This document shows positions 50,001-58,583 of a stretch of DNA of 64,000 nt, one piece after another. The stretch spans positions 32,001 through 96,000 of the forward strand of contig CAVVCZ010000009.1 of assembly GCA_963746845.1 (NCBI GenBank). Reading direction: 5' to 3'. A program made the position numbers and the translations under genes. This stretch comes from an uncultured Chloroflexia bacterium. Its GTDB lineage: Bacteria; Chloroflexota; Limnocylindria; Limnocylindrales; CSP1-4. The notes under the pieces were generated by a model. That model was not told the DNA's origin. It was given only the letters and a program-made list of their open reading frames with translations, and searched no databases. How positions within the stretch are numbered: the stretch's first letter is position 1; each line of letters begins with the position of its first letter.

Positions 50001-50483
50001 GGGCGGGACCTCCAGGTGACGGGCACGGCCTGGTTCGACCACCAGTGGGGTGATTTCATCGCGGTGGGTGGGGGCGGCTGGGACTGGTTCGCGGTCAACC
50101 TCGACGACGGCACGGACCTGACCCTGTCGCTCGTCCGGGACGCCGACGGCTCGTATCCGCTCGTCTACGGGACGTTGGCCGCGGCCGATGGGTCGACCCG
50201 CCACATGCCGGCGGACGCCTTCCAGGTCGCGGTCACGCGCCGATGGACGAGCCCGCGCACGAGCGCCGACTACCCGGCCGGCTGGCACGTGACGATCCCG
50301 GGCGAAGGCCTGGCGATCGATCTCCGGCCGACGGTCGCCGACCAGGAGCTCGACACGCGGGCATCGACCGGGGTCGTGTACTGGGAGGGATCGCAGTACG
50401 TTGCCGCCACCAGGGACGGGCATGCACTGGGCGGCGAGGCCTATGTCGAGCTGACCGGGTACGCGCCCGCGCCGACGCCGTAA
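47037..50483 (+). CDS. MMPL (RND) transporter fused to an AttH/CrtC-like lipocalin-fold domain
   Basis: MMPL motifs GLGVDYSLLLTSRFREE, FGLSMDYEVFL and RLLGKWNWW. Same frame continues to EWWYYTGHL, SYYYSR, AWFDHQWG, GWDWF and YWEG. Confidence 0.88.
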   Translation: MLASPKRRSPVEAAPDRFARLGRFAVRRRWWIVGFWALLLLVAVPLAPRVGGALRAGGFILDDLESARAKALLQAELDTPPSAVVVVLHSDTATAGTPAFEVPAAAAIAHITEAPGVVRVLPHTLSPRQVSADGHTAYDIVFLSIAPDDSPAALPGIRERLAQPAGLDVQLAGGPAFYGDVQSVSESDLRRSEIVSLPLAAIALLVVFGSVIAAAVPLIVGGAAVVVALAAIFLIAGMTPMSIFVLNLATLLGLGLGVDYSLLLTSRFREELASRADEPADQRVAVAVERTVATAGRAVFFSGLTVLLGLGGLVLFEFMILRSVGIAGAIVVLLAASSALTLLPALLAIVGTRIDALAVRRVVPRDDPNGPWARLARWVMRRPVAVLIPTLALLFALGLPFLHVRFNAPDSTILPASVPSRAAFDRLADAFGEGDFAPIVLAIRTDGAATSPANVAALYDYSRRLAADPRVRRVDSLVDVDPRLGPAQYGLLYADPNGPRDRFVATALAATTKGDLTVFTITTPYGPNRDEGRALVADLRRDGGPLAPPAGMTVLVGGGAADVTDVVNRVAADFPRTALFIVVTTYLVLFVLLRSVVLPAKALVMNTLSIVASFGALVWIFQDGNLSSVLGFQPLGFVETTQPVILFCVLFGLSMDYEVFLLTRMKEVWDRTGDNQEAVARGLERSGRIVTSAALIVVVVAGSFAFADIVLIKALGIGMAIAVTLDATVVRALLVPATMRLLGKWNWWLPSGLRRVPRIETAGVAGAIGLALVLASLPLLAGCTAGAPILANAPAPHPMPPALTPAPSLPADPVAIVLPADDGPHHRLTEWWYYTGHLQAADGTRYGFEDVIFRAERGGFPVSWASHVAITDETAGTFRFAQRTEIGPQVDHSTPGHFDLALTGPAGTDPAASSWAMAGGDGRDHLGALGSADPASPSSGTLGLDLRLAATKPAALHDTDGWIDFGAGGSSYYYSRTAMDALGSLTVDGRDLQVTGTAWFDHQWGDFIAVGGGGWDWFAVNLDDGTDLTLSLVRDADGSYPLVYGTLAAADGSTRHMPADAFQVAVTRRWTSPRTSADYPAGWHVTIPGEGLAIDLRPTVADQELDTRASTGVVYWEGSQYVAATRDGHALGGEAYVELTGYAPAPTP

Positions 50484-50502
50484 TCGCCGGAGCTCGTCGC
50501 CC

Positions 50503-51333
50503 TCAGGGGGCCGTGGTCGGACCGGGGATCACGACCCCGTTGGCCACGGCGACGTCCTGGATCTGGGCGTCGACGGCGGACAGGCTCGCGAGGAGGCGGA
50601 CCATCGCCTTCGCCGACTGGCGATAGGACGCGGTGTTCGTCACCGAGTCGACGAGCGACTCCGCGGCGGTGTCGTGGATCGAGTCGTAGACCATGGCGAG
50701 ATCGTTGCCGAGCCCGGCCGAGCCGGGCCACGCGGCGATCTTGTCGGCGAGCTGGCCGGCATAGACCGTGTCCGCGGAGATCGCGCGGAGGGTCGCCGCG
50801 ACGGCCGTGGAATTGAAGGTCGACCGGGCGAGTGCGGCGGAGAGGACCCGGGAGGCGTTCCGCAGACGGGCGTTGACCGTGGCCGCCTGGACGAGGGCCG
50901 ATCCCGTGATCGACGGGATGCTCCCCGATCCACCGGATCCGTACACGCCCGAAGGCAGCGGTCGCGGGTGGCCCGACGTGCCGGTTCCGACGATCGGTGC
51001 GGCGCTCGCGCCGGCGATCGGCGCGGCGTCGGCCGGCAAGGCGTGGGTGAGGCCGAACACCGTCCCGCCCAGACCGCCCAGCAGGAGGCCGAACGCGAGG
51101 CCGCCGCTCGCGAGGAGCGACGCCTTCGACATCGGCACGCCGATGATCAGTCGCGTCCGGCAGCCGGGGCAGCGGCGGGTCCCGACGGCGAGCGGCCGGG
51201 AGCACTTCGGGCAGTCGAAGACCGTCTGGTCGAGCTCGCCGATGGCGAGCGATTCCGGGGCGCCCCCGGCGACCGATTCCTGCGTGGGTGGTGCGGTTCG
51301 ACGCCGTGAGCGCCGGACCGCGTTGACGGTCAT
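50503..51333 (-). CDS. Hypothetical zinc-ribbon membrane-anchored protein
   Basis: CPKC...CPGC, one TM helix and a helical C-terminal domain. AGGAG RBS. Confidence 0.75.
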   Translation of the reverse strand: MTVNAVRRSRRRTAPPTQESVAGGAPESLAIGELDQTVFDCPKCSRPLAVGTRRCPGCRTRLIIGVPMSKASLLASGGLAFGLLLGGLGGTVFGLTHALPADAAPIAGASAAPIVGTGTSGHPRPLPSGVYGSGGSGSIPSITGSALVQAATVNARLRNASRVLSAALARSTFNSTAVAATLRAISADTVYAGQLADKIAAWPGSAGLGNDLAMVYDSIHDTAAESLVDSVTNTASYRQSAKAMVRLLASLSAVDAQIQDVAVANGVVIPGPTTAP

Positions 51334-51577
51334 TCGAGATCGAGGCTCCTGATCCGCTCGATGCGGAGGGCAGCGGTCGGTTGCCCTCGCCGGCAGTGTC
51401 CGTCAGGCGTACCAGAGCGGGCCTGAACCGAAGGTCCCGCAAACGGCCGTACGTTCGGACGGCGAGCGTGGAAGCGCCCGTGATCGGGACGTGCAAGTCG
51501 ACGACGCTGAAACCTTGCGGCGGCGCGACGCCTCAGGAAAGTGAGCCCATCAATCCGGAGAGATCGGGGACGCGGAC

Positions 51578-52381
51578 ATGATCGATTTACCGCTCGGGGC
51601 GACCGCACCGCGCGACGCCTTCGCGCCAGGTCCAACTGGACCGACCTTTCGGGAGCCACGAACGGCCGTCGCGCGCAACCCAGCGGCCGGCGAGCTTCGA
51701 CGCGCGATCGCCCGGGGTCCCGGTCCGGCGGCGCGGCTGCGCGGCGGCGAGATGATCGCCCTGCTGGCCGTGCTCGGTCTCGTGGCGATCGCGGCCACCG
51801 ACCAGATCGTGCCGGCCAGCTCGGCCCATCAGGCGCAGCTCCGGATCTGGCTCGCCTCACGCGCCGCCGGGGTCGTCGCGCTCGTCCTGCTCGCGCTCCA
51901 GATCGTGATCGGGCTCCTCCTGAGCCATCCGACGAACAAGGTGGAGTGGAAGCTGTCGCGGGCGGTGTTCCCGTGGCACGACAGCCTGTGGCTCTTCGTC
52001 CTCGCGTTCGTCGTGGCGCACGTGGTCTCGATCGTCCTCGATCCGTACGCCGGCGTCGGGCTGGCCGGGGCGTTCGTGCCGGGGCTGTCCGCCTACCGGT
52101 CGGCACCGGTCGCCCTCGGCTCGCTCGCGCTGTACGCCATGCTCGTCGTCGGTCTGACCGCCCGGTTCACGCGGATCCTCCCGCGCGGGGCCTGGCTCGT
52201 GATCCATCGGGCGGGGGTCGGCGTCTTCCTCCTCGGCTGGATGCACGGCCTGCTCGCCGGGACCGACTCGGTCCCGCTCGCGGCTCTGTACCTGGCGCTC
52301 GGCGCCTCCGTCGCGCTGGCGACGGGCTGGCGATGGTGGGGACGATCCCGATCGGCCGCGACGGGAGGGCAACCGCTGTGA
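51578..52381 (+). CDS. Ferric-reductase-like (MsrQ-like) transmembrane protein
   Basis: WLASRAAG; His residues in WHDSL, VAHVV, IHRAG and WMHGLLAGTD; AFVPG..YR. Confidence 0.85.
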   Translation: MIDLPLGATAPRDAFAPGPTGPTFREPRTAVARNPAAGELRRAIARGPGPAARLRGGEMIALLAVLGLVAIAATDQIVPASSAHQAQLRIWLASRAAGVVALVLLALQIVIGLLLSHPTNKVEWKLSRAVFPWHDSLWLFVLAFVVAHVVSIVLDPYAGVGLAGAFVPGLSAYRSAPVALGSLALYAMLVVGLTARFTRILPRGAWLVIHRAGVGVFLLGWMHGLLAGTDSVPLAALYLALGASVALATGWRWWGRSRSAATGGQPL

Positions 52382-52824
52382 TCGCGCTGCGTCTCCGCCG
52401 GGTCGTCGTGATCGCGGCGATCTTCGGAAGCCTCGTCCTCGGTGTCGCGACCGTCCGCGCCGCCGCGTTGTGGACGGCTGCCGGCGCGCCGCTGGCTGTC
52501 GCACCCGTCTCCGTCCAGGAGCTGACGACCCGGCTGGCCGACGAGCAGGCGCGCTCGGCGGACCTCCGGCGGCGGCTCGACGAGCTCACGGCGGCAGGCG
52601 CGGATCTCGCGACCGCCCTCGACGCCGCGCGAGCGCGGATCACGACCGACGCCGCCACCGCCGCCGATCTGACCAGCCGGCTCGCCCAGGCGAAGACCCG
52701 ACTGCGGACGCTCGAGCGGTCGATCGCCCGGGCGAAGGCGTCGCTCGCGACCAGCCGCGCACCGGCGACGCCGCCGCCCGTCACCGGCGGCGAAGGGTCG
52801 GCCGACGAACACGAGCCGGACTGA
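52378..52824 (+). CDS. Membrane-anchored coiled-coil protein
   Basis: N-terminal TM, heptad Ala/Leu region and acidic/His tail. GTGA overlap with the upstream gene. Confidence 0.75.
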   Translation: MIALRLRRVVVIAAIFGSLVLGVATVRAAALWTAAGAPLAVAPVSVQELTTRLADEQARSADLRRRLDELTAAGADLATALDAARARITTDAATAADLTSRLAQAKTRLRTLERSIARAKASLATSRAPATPPPVTGGEGSADEHEPD

Positions 52825-53285
52825 TGGCCACGCGGATCGAAACGGACTCCGGCACGAGGCAGCATCGCCTGCCGCGATTCCCCGGTCAGGTCGTCGCCCT
52901 CGTAGGCGTCTCGACGACCGGCTACGCGCTGGCGCTCGCGGGGATCGCCTCGCTCCAGGCGGCCAGCGACGCCGCCGTGGTGGCGGACCGGGCGCCGGCC
53001 GCCGCCGGGATCGACGCCGTCGCGAGCGGCCACGATCGTCTGGCGGGCCGGTTGGACGATCTCGCCGGACGACAGGCGCGGTCCGCGGCGTCGTACGACG
53101 CCGTCACCTCTGGCATCGCCAGGGTCGAAGCGGAGCTGGGTGCGCTCGCGGGGAAGGTATCGGCGGTCGACGGGGCATCGCGGACGCTGCCGGCGTCGGT
53201 TGCTCTTCCCCCGGTCGTGCGGTCCGTCCGGCCCTCGAGCCGGTCGACCACCCACGCGACGACGGGCGGCTCCGCGGCGCCCTGA
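52824..53285 (+). CDS. Membrane-anchored coiled-coil protein with C-terminal HATTGGS (flavinylation-like) motif
   Basis: TGATG overlap, TM, coiled coil, ends STTHATTGGSAAP. Confidence 0.75.
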   Translation: MATRIETDSGTRQHRLPRFPGQVVALVGVSTTGYALALAGIASLQAASDAAVVADRAPAAAGIDAVASGHDRLAGRLDDLAGRQARSAASYDAVTSGIARVEAELGALAGKVSAVDGASRTLPASVALPPVVRSVRPSSRSTTHATTGGSAAP

Positions 53286-53303
53286 CCCGGCGCGTGGACG
53301 CTG

Positions 53304-54236
53304 TCAGGGACGGCCGATGAATGCGCCGAGCGCCGCGCGGGTCGGCATCCCGCCGCGCGCTCCGGGCTTCGTCGTCGAGAGGCTCGCGGCGGCGACCGCG
53401 TCCCGGACGGCGTCGCCGAGCGGCGAACCACCGGCGAGCGCAGCGGCCAGGGCTCCGGCGAACGTATCGCCGGCCCCGACAGCGTCGACGGCCCGGACCG
53501 GTGACGCCTCGACGATCAGCGGCCCCTGATCGGCGCGGACGAGGACCGCGCCGCCGGCCCCGAGGGTCACGACGACGGCCCGGGTCCCGGTCGGTCCCCC
53601 GTCGCCGCCGAGCAGGCGTCCCGCCGCGGCCACGGGGTCGTGGCCGACGTCCCCTGCGAGCACGGCCAGCTCGCCACGGTTCGGGATCACGATGTCGGCG
53701 AGCGCGACCACGCTCCGAGCGAGGCCTGTCGCCGGAGCCGGGTTGAGGATCGTGGTCGCCCCGGCCGCGCGCGCGGCCCGGAGCGCCGCGACGACCGCGT
53801 CCGTGGGGATCTCGCACCCGACGAGGACGACGTCATCCGCGCCGATGGCCAGCCGACCCAGGGCGCCCTCGACGACGTTGCCATCGACCTGCCCGTTCGC
53901 ACCGGCAGCGACGGCGATGCTGTTCTCTCCGGTGCGATCGACGAGGATCAGGGCGACGCCGGTCGGACCCGGGAGGGTCGTCAGCTCGGAGAGGTCGATC
54001 GCCTCGGCGGCGAGCGCGTCGCGCGCGTCCGCGCCCAGATCGTCGTCCCCGACGGCTCCCACGAACGCGACACGTGCGCCGAGACGGGCCGCTGCCGTCG
54101 CCTGATTGCCGCCCTTCCCGCCGTGATGCCGGGCGAACGTCGCGCCGGTCACCGTCTCGCCCGGCCCGGGCAACCGGTCGACGGTCGCCACCAGGTCGAC
54201 GTTGACCGAGCCGACGACCACGACCCTGCCGCTCAT
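53304..54236 (-). CDS. rbsK: Ribokinase (PfkB family)
   Basis: VVGSVNVDL, GGKGGNQA, LNPAPA and VDAVGAGDTF. Confidence 0.88.
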   Translation of the reverse strand: MSGRVVVVGSVNVDLVATVDRLPGPGETVTGATFARHHGGKGGNQATAAARLGARVAFVGAVGDDDLGADARDALAAEAIDLSELTTLPGPTGVALILVDRTGENSIAVAAGANGQVDGNVVEGALGRLAIGADDVVLVGCEIPTDAVVAALRAARAAGATTILNPAPATGLARSVVALADIVIPNRGELAVLAGDVGHDPVAAAGRLLGGDGGPTGTRAVVVTLGAGGAVLVRADQGPLIVEASPVRAVDAVGAGDTFAGALAAALAGGSPLGDAVRDAVAAASLSTTKPGARGGMPTRAALGAFIGRP

Positions 54237-54248
54237 CGCGGTGGCTCC

Positions 54249-55067
54249 CTACCCGGTGACGAACTCGCCGCCGTCGACCGAGATGATGTTGCCGTTGATC
54301 CAGTCCGAGTCCGTCGCGCTGAGCGTGACGATCGCGTCCGCCACGTCCTTCGTCGTCGTCATCCGGCCGTGCGGGTTGCGGGCCAGCGTGACGTCGATCA
54401 TCCGCTGGTTCTCGGGGATCTTCCGGAGCGCCGGGGTGTCCGTGACGCCGGCCCGGATCGAGTTGGCTGCGACCCCGGACCCCAGCCGGGCGAACTCCAT
54501 CGCCAGCTGGCGGATGTGCGACTCCATGGCCGCCTTCGCGCCGGACACGACGCCGTACGACGGGATGACCCGGCTCGTCCCCTCGGAGGTCATCGCGTAG
54601 ATCTTCGAGCCGCGCTCGAGGAACCCGGCCCGCCAGACACCCTGGACCCAGTACACGAGGCTGTTCGCCATCACGTCCTGGGTCATCTCCATCTTCTTCC
54701 GGTCGACGGCCTCCTTCGGGTCCTCGGCGAGGAACGGAACCAACGAGCCGAACGCGAGCGTGTGCATGACGACCCGGATGTATGGATGGCGACCCGCCGC
54801 CCGGCTCCCGTCGAAGCGCGCCCGGATCGTCTCGATCGCGGCCGCGCGCTTCTCGTCGTCGGCCGCGTTCATGTTGATGAAGAGCGCCTCGGTCCCGGCC
54901 GCCGCGATGGCCGCCTTGATCTCCTCGACGTGAGCAAGGCCCGCCCGGAAGTCGAGGTGGACACCGACGATCCGGTAGCCGGCGGCGGCGAGCGCCAGGG
55001 ACGTCGCCTCGCCCATCCCGCTCGAGGCACCGAGGATGAGCGCCCAGCGCTCGCGGTCGTCGGTCAT
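54249..55067 (-). CDS. SDR oxidoreductase (enoyl-ACP reductase FabL-like)
   Basis: LILGASSGMG, YGVVSGAK, GVTDTPAL and ISVDGG. Confidence 0.88.
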   Translation of the reverse strand: MTDDRERWALILGASSGMGEATSLALAAAGYRIVGVHLDFRAGLAHVEEIKAAIAAAGTEALFINMNAADDEKRAAAIETIRARFDGSRAAGRHPYIRVVMHTLAFGSLVPFLAEDPKEAVDRKKMEMTQDVMANSLVYWVQGVWRAGFLERGSKIYAMTSEGTSRVIPSYGVVSGAKAAMESHIRQLAMEFARLGSGVAANSIRAGVTDTPALRKIPENQRMIDVTLARNPHGRMTTTKDVADAIVTLSATDSDWINGNIISVDGGEFVTG

Positions 55068-55287
55068 CGGGTCCTCCGGTCGTCGATTCGGCCCGGCGAG
55101 TCTAGCAGCGGCCCGGACCCGCTCGGCGGAGACTCGATGCAGCGCTGCACGGTGGCGGGCCGAGATGATCCTCAGACGTGAAGGTGCAACGATGGGGCGG
55201 TTCTCGCGTCTCATTCGGCCCGACGACGGAGGTCGTTCGGGTGGGCGAGGTCTGTTCCGCCTCGCCGGAAGGCCATGGAGGCAGGAG

Positions 55288-56467
55288 ATGACATCCCGTC
55301 CACGCGCCCTGCGCGTGAGTCTGGCGTTGGCCGGCGCGCTGGCGTTCGCCATGGTGCCTGCGGCAGTGTCCGTGGCGTCAGCCAGCACGCCGAAGTGTCG
55401 GGTGGTGGACGTCCGCAGCGCGGCGCGGCACTCCCGGCTGCAGTGGGCCGTCAATCGCGCCCGGGCGGGCGACACGCTCCTCGTCTATGGCACCTGCCAG
55501 GGGACGACGACCATCCCGAAGAACCTCACGATCGTCGGCATGCGCAGTACCCACTTCGGCCGGCCGATCCTCGACGGCCGACGGGCCGGCTCGGTCGTGA
55601 CCGTTGCGGGGGGCGTGACCGTCACGATCCGGAGTCTGACCATCGCGAACGGCCGGGCGACGGTGGGCGGGGGCATCCTCAACCATGGCACGCTGACGCT
55701 CATCGGGGCCACCGTCAGAAACAACACGGCGACGAGTCGCGGCGGCGGGATCAAGAACGTGAGCGTCGTCGTCAATGGCACCTCATTCCCTGCCACGCTG
55801 ACGCTGATCGGGACCATCGTCACGAACAACACGGTGACCGGGTCGGGAGGCGGGATCGCGAATCAACGCAGGGTTCCCTATCACGATCCGAGACTCGACC
55901 ATCAGCCACAACACCAGCACCGCTGGAGGCGGCGGCATCGCCACGTCGGAAGGGCTGCTCGTCATCGAGGGCCACACGTCGATCAGCTGGAACGTGGCCG
56001 CGGATGGCGGCGGCATCTGGGCGGTCCCGCATGTTTCGGCGACCATCGGCGGCACGACCTCCATTGACCACAATCGCGCTTCGGACGCGGGTGGCATCGA
56101 CTGCGGCGACTGCGGCTTGACGTTGAACGACAGCAGCTCGGTTCACGACAACACCGTCACCGGGTCCGGAGGCGGAATGCGGGCCTCCGGCGTTTCCGAG
56201 AATGTCACCCTCAACGGATCCGCCTCGATCTTCAACAACCGTGCGGGTGGCGACGGAGGAGGCGTATGCGTCTGCGGAGCGAATCTGGGCCAGCTCGTCC
56301 TCAACGACAACAGCTCCATCTTCGGGAACACGACGACCGGGCACGGTGGCGGAGTCGATCTCGCGGCGACCTTCGCGAGCGTCTCGCTCGGGGGGACCAG
56401 CGCCATCCATGACAACCACCCGGAGAACTGCTACCCGGATGCGTCCGTGACGGGCTGCACCGGCTAG
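55288..56467 (+). CDS. Secreted right-handed beta-helix protein with GGGI/N repeats, apparent frameshift near 55861
   Basis: Signal peptide, LQWAVN..GDTLLVYGTC, and repeated N.A..GGGI motifs that continue in a second frame after 55861. Confidence 0.8.
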
Positions 56468-56586
56468 CCTCCGGCGAGCCTGGAAGGGGTTCGTCACCAC
56501 CCGCAGATCGAGACGGGACGCCTGGACCGTGTCGACCGGCCGTTCGGCTCTCTCGTCCGAAGCCCAGCCGCGCTAGTTTGCGGTCG

Positions 56587-56796
56587 ATGGCCGACCTCAA
56601 GCCGGAGCAGATCCTCGCGCTGCTCCTCCCGATCGTCGTGATCCAGCTGGGGCTGATGATCGCTGCGCTCTTCGACCTCGAGAAGTCCGAGCGTCGTGTC
56701 CGCGGTGGCAGCAAGCTCGTGTGGGTCCTCGTCATCGTCTTCGTCAACGTGATCGGCCCGATCGTCTACTTCGTCGCAGGGCGGGAGGAGTCGTGA
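56587..56796 (+). CDS. PLDc_N-domain small membrane protein
   Basis: ALFDL...KLVWVLVIVFVNVIGPIVYFVAGR. Confidence 0.88.
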   Translation: MADLKPEQILALLLPIVVIQLGLMIAALFDLEKSERRVRGGSKLVWVLVIVFVNVIGPIVYFVAGREES

Positions 56797-57812
56797 CGAG
56801 CCCGGCGCCGAGCGCGCCGGCCGCGACGGCGATCCAGGCCCGCGGGCTGACGAAGCGGTACGGCGCGATCCTCGCCCTCGACGGACTCGACCTGGATGTC
56901 CCCACCGGGTCCGTGTTCGGGCTCCTCGGCCCGAACGGGGCGGGCAAGACCACCACGATCCGGATCCTCACCGGGCTCGCCCGCGCCAGCGGCGGCTCGG
57001 CGTCGGTCGCCGGCGTCGAGGTCGGGCTCGATCGACCGGACCTCCATCGACGTCTCGGCTACCTCGACCAGGACCCGCGCTTCTACGGCTGGATGCGTGG
57101 CCGCGAGCTGCTCGAGCTGACGGGAGGGCTCAGCGGGCTGCGCGGCCCGGCCCTGACGACCCGCGTCGCCGAGGTGCTGGAGCTGGTGGGCCTGCGGGGC
57201 GCCGCGGAGCGTCGGATCGGCGGCTGGTCCGGCGGGATGCGCCAGCGCCTCGGGATCGCCCAGGCCATCGTCCATCGCCCGTCGGTGGTCTTCCTCGACG
57301 AGCCCGTCAGCTCGCTCGATCCGGAGGGCCGGCGCCACCTGCTCGAGCTGATCGCCGGGCTCCGCGGTGAGACGACGGTCATCCTGTCGACCCACGTGCT
57401 CGCCGACGTCGAGCGGGTCTGCGACCGGGTCGCGATCCTCGATCGCGGGCGCCTCGTCATCGAGGGGCCGCTCGAGGAGCTCCTCGCCGAACACGCCCGG
57501 CCGCTGTTCCTCCTCGATCCTGATCCGGGCCAGGACGCCGCCGTCGACGATCTCGTCGCGCGGCTGTCCGGGGCGCCGTGGGCGACGACCGTGACCGTCG
57601 AGGCGGATGGCCGGATCCGGGTCGTCGTCGCCGACGCCGCGACGGCCGCGACTGCCGTCCTGCCGCTGGTCGTCGAGAGCGGCGTCCGCCTCGCGTCGTT
57701 CGAGCGGGCGCGGCCCACCCTCGAGGACGTCTTCCTCGAGCTGGTCGGACCGCCGGGACCGGACGACCTCGACGGCCGGGGATACGTCCGCCCGCGCGAG
57801 ATCGCGTCCTGA
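56793..57812 (+). CDS. ABC-2 type exporter ATP-binding protein
   Basis: GPNGAGKTT, SGGMRQRLG, FLDEP and LSTH. Confidence 0.93.
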   Translation: MTSPAPSAPAATAIQARGLTKRYGAILALDGLDLDVPTGSVFGLLGPNGAGKTTTIRILTGLARASGGSASVAGVEVGLDRPDLHRRLGYLDQDPRFYGWMRGRELLELTGGLSGLRGPALTTRVAEVLELVGLRGAAERRIGGWSGGMRQRLGIAQAIVHRPSVVFLDEPVSSLDPEGRRHLLELIAGLRGETTVILSTHVLADVERVCDRVAILDRGRLVIEGPLEELLAEHARPLFLLDPDPGQDAAVDDLVARLSGAPWATTVTVEADGRIRVVVADAATAATAVLPLVVESGVRLASFERARPTLEDVFLELVGPPGPDDLDGRGYVRPREIAS

Positions 57813-58573
57813 TGGCCGGCGCCGGGGTCCTCCTGCGCAAGGAGCTGCTCGAACAGTGGCGGTCCTTGCGCCTCCAGCTCGTCGCAATCGTGTTCGTCCT
57901 GATCGGCCTGACCTCGCCGGTCCTCGCCCGGTTCACCCCGGAGATCCTCAAGGCGGTCGGCGGGAACCTGATCCCGATCGTCCTGCCGGCGCCGACGGCC
58001 GCGGACGCGGTCGACCAGCTGGCGAAGAACCTGAGCCAGCTCGGCGCGCTCGTGGCGATCCTCATCGCGGCCGGATCCGTGGCGACCGAGAAGGAGCGCG
58101 GCACCGCGGCGCTGCTGCTCGTGCGCCCGGTCGGGCGGGCGGGGTTCCTGCTCGCCAAGCTCGCGGCGATCGGGGTCACGCTCGCGGTCGCGACAGCCCT
58201 GGCGGTCGCCGGAGCGTGGTTCTACACGCTCGTCCTGTTCGAGCCGCTGCCGGTCGCCGGGACGATCGCGGCCGGGGTCCTCGACTGGCTGTTCCTGATG
58301 GCCTGGGCCGCCATCACCTTCCTGGGCAGCACGATGACGCGCTCGGCCCTCGCCGCGGCCGGGATCGGTGTCGTGGCGCTGATCGGGGTCGGGATCCTCG
58401 GCATCGTCCCGGCACTCACGGCGTGGCTTCCGACGGGGCTGATCGGAGTCGCTCGCGCGCTGGCCCTCGGGATCCCGGGACCCGACGCCTGGACCCCGAT
58501 CGTGGGGACGGTCCTGTTCATCGGGGCGTGCGTCGCGCTCGCGTGGGGGTCGTTCCGGCGCCAGGAGCTCTGA
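57812..58573 (+). CDS. ABC-2 type exporter permease
   Basis: LLRKELLEQWR, EKERGTAALLLVRPV.R...LLAK and six TMs. Confidence 0.9.
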   Translation: MAGAGVLLRKELLEQWRSLRLQLVAIVFVLIGLTSPVLARFTPEILKAVGGNLIPIVLPAPTAADAVDQLAKNLSQLGALVAILIAAGSVATEKERGTAALLLVRPVGRAGFLLAKLAAIGVTLAVATALAVAGAWFYTLVLFEPLPVAGTIAAGVLDWLFLMAWAAITFLGSTMTRSALAAAGIGVVALIGVGILGIVPALTAWLPTGLIGVARALALGIPGPDAWTPIVGTVLFIGACVALAWGSFRRQEL

Positions 58574-58583
58574 GAGGCGGCAC

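Noticed and set aside
56504-56535. Possible third copy of the four-box element (CAGATCGAGACGGGACGCC)
   Set aside because: The core does not fit GWCR-N5-YGWC and there is no partner box 50 nt away.
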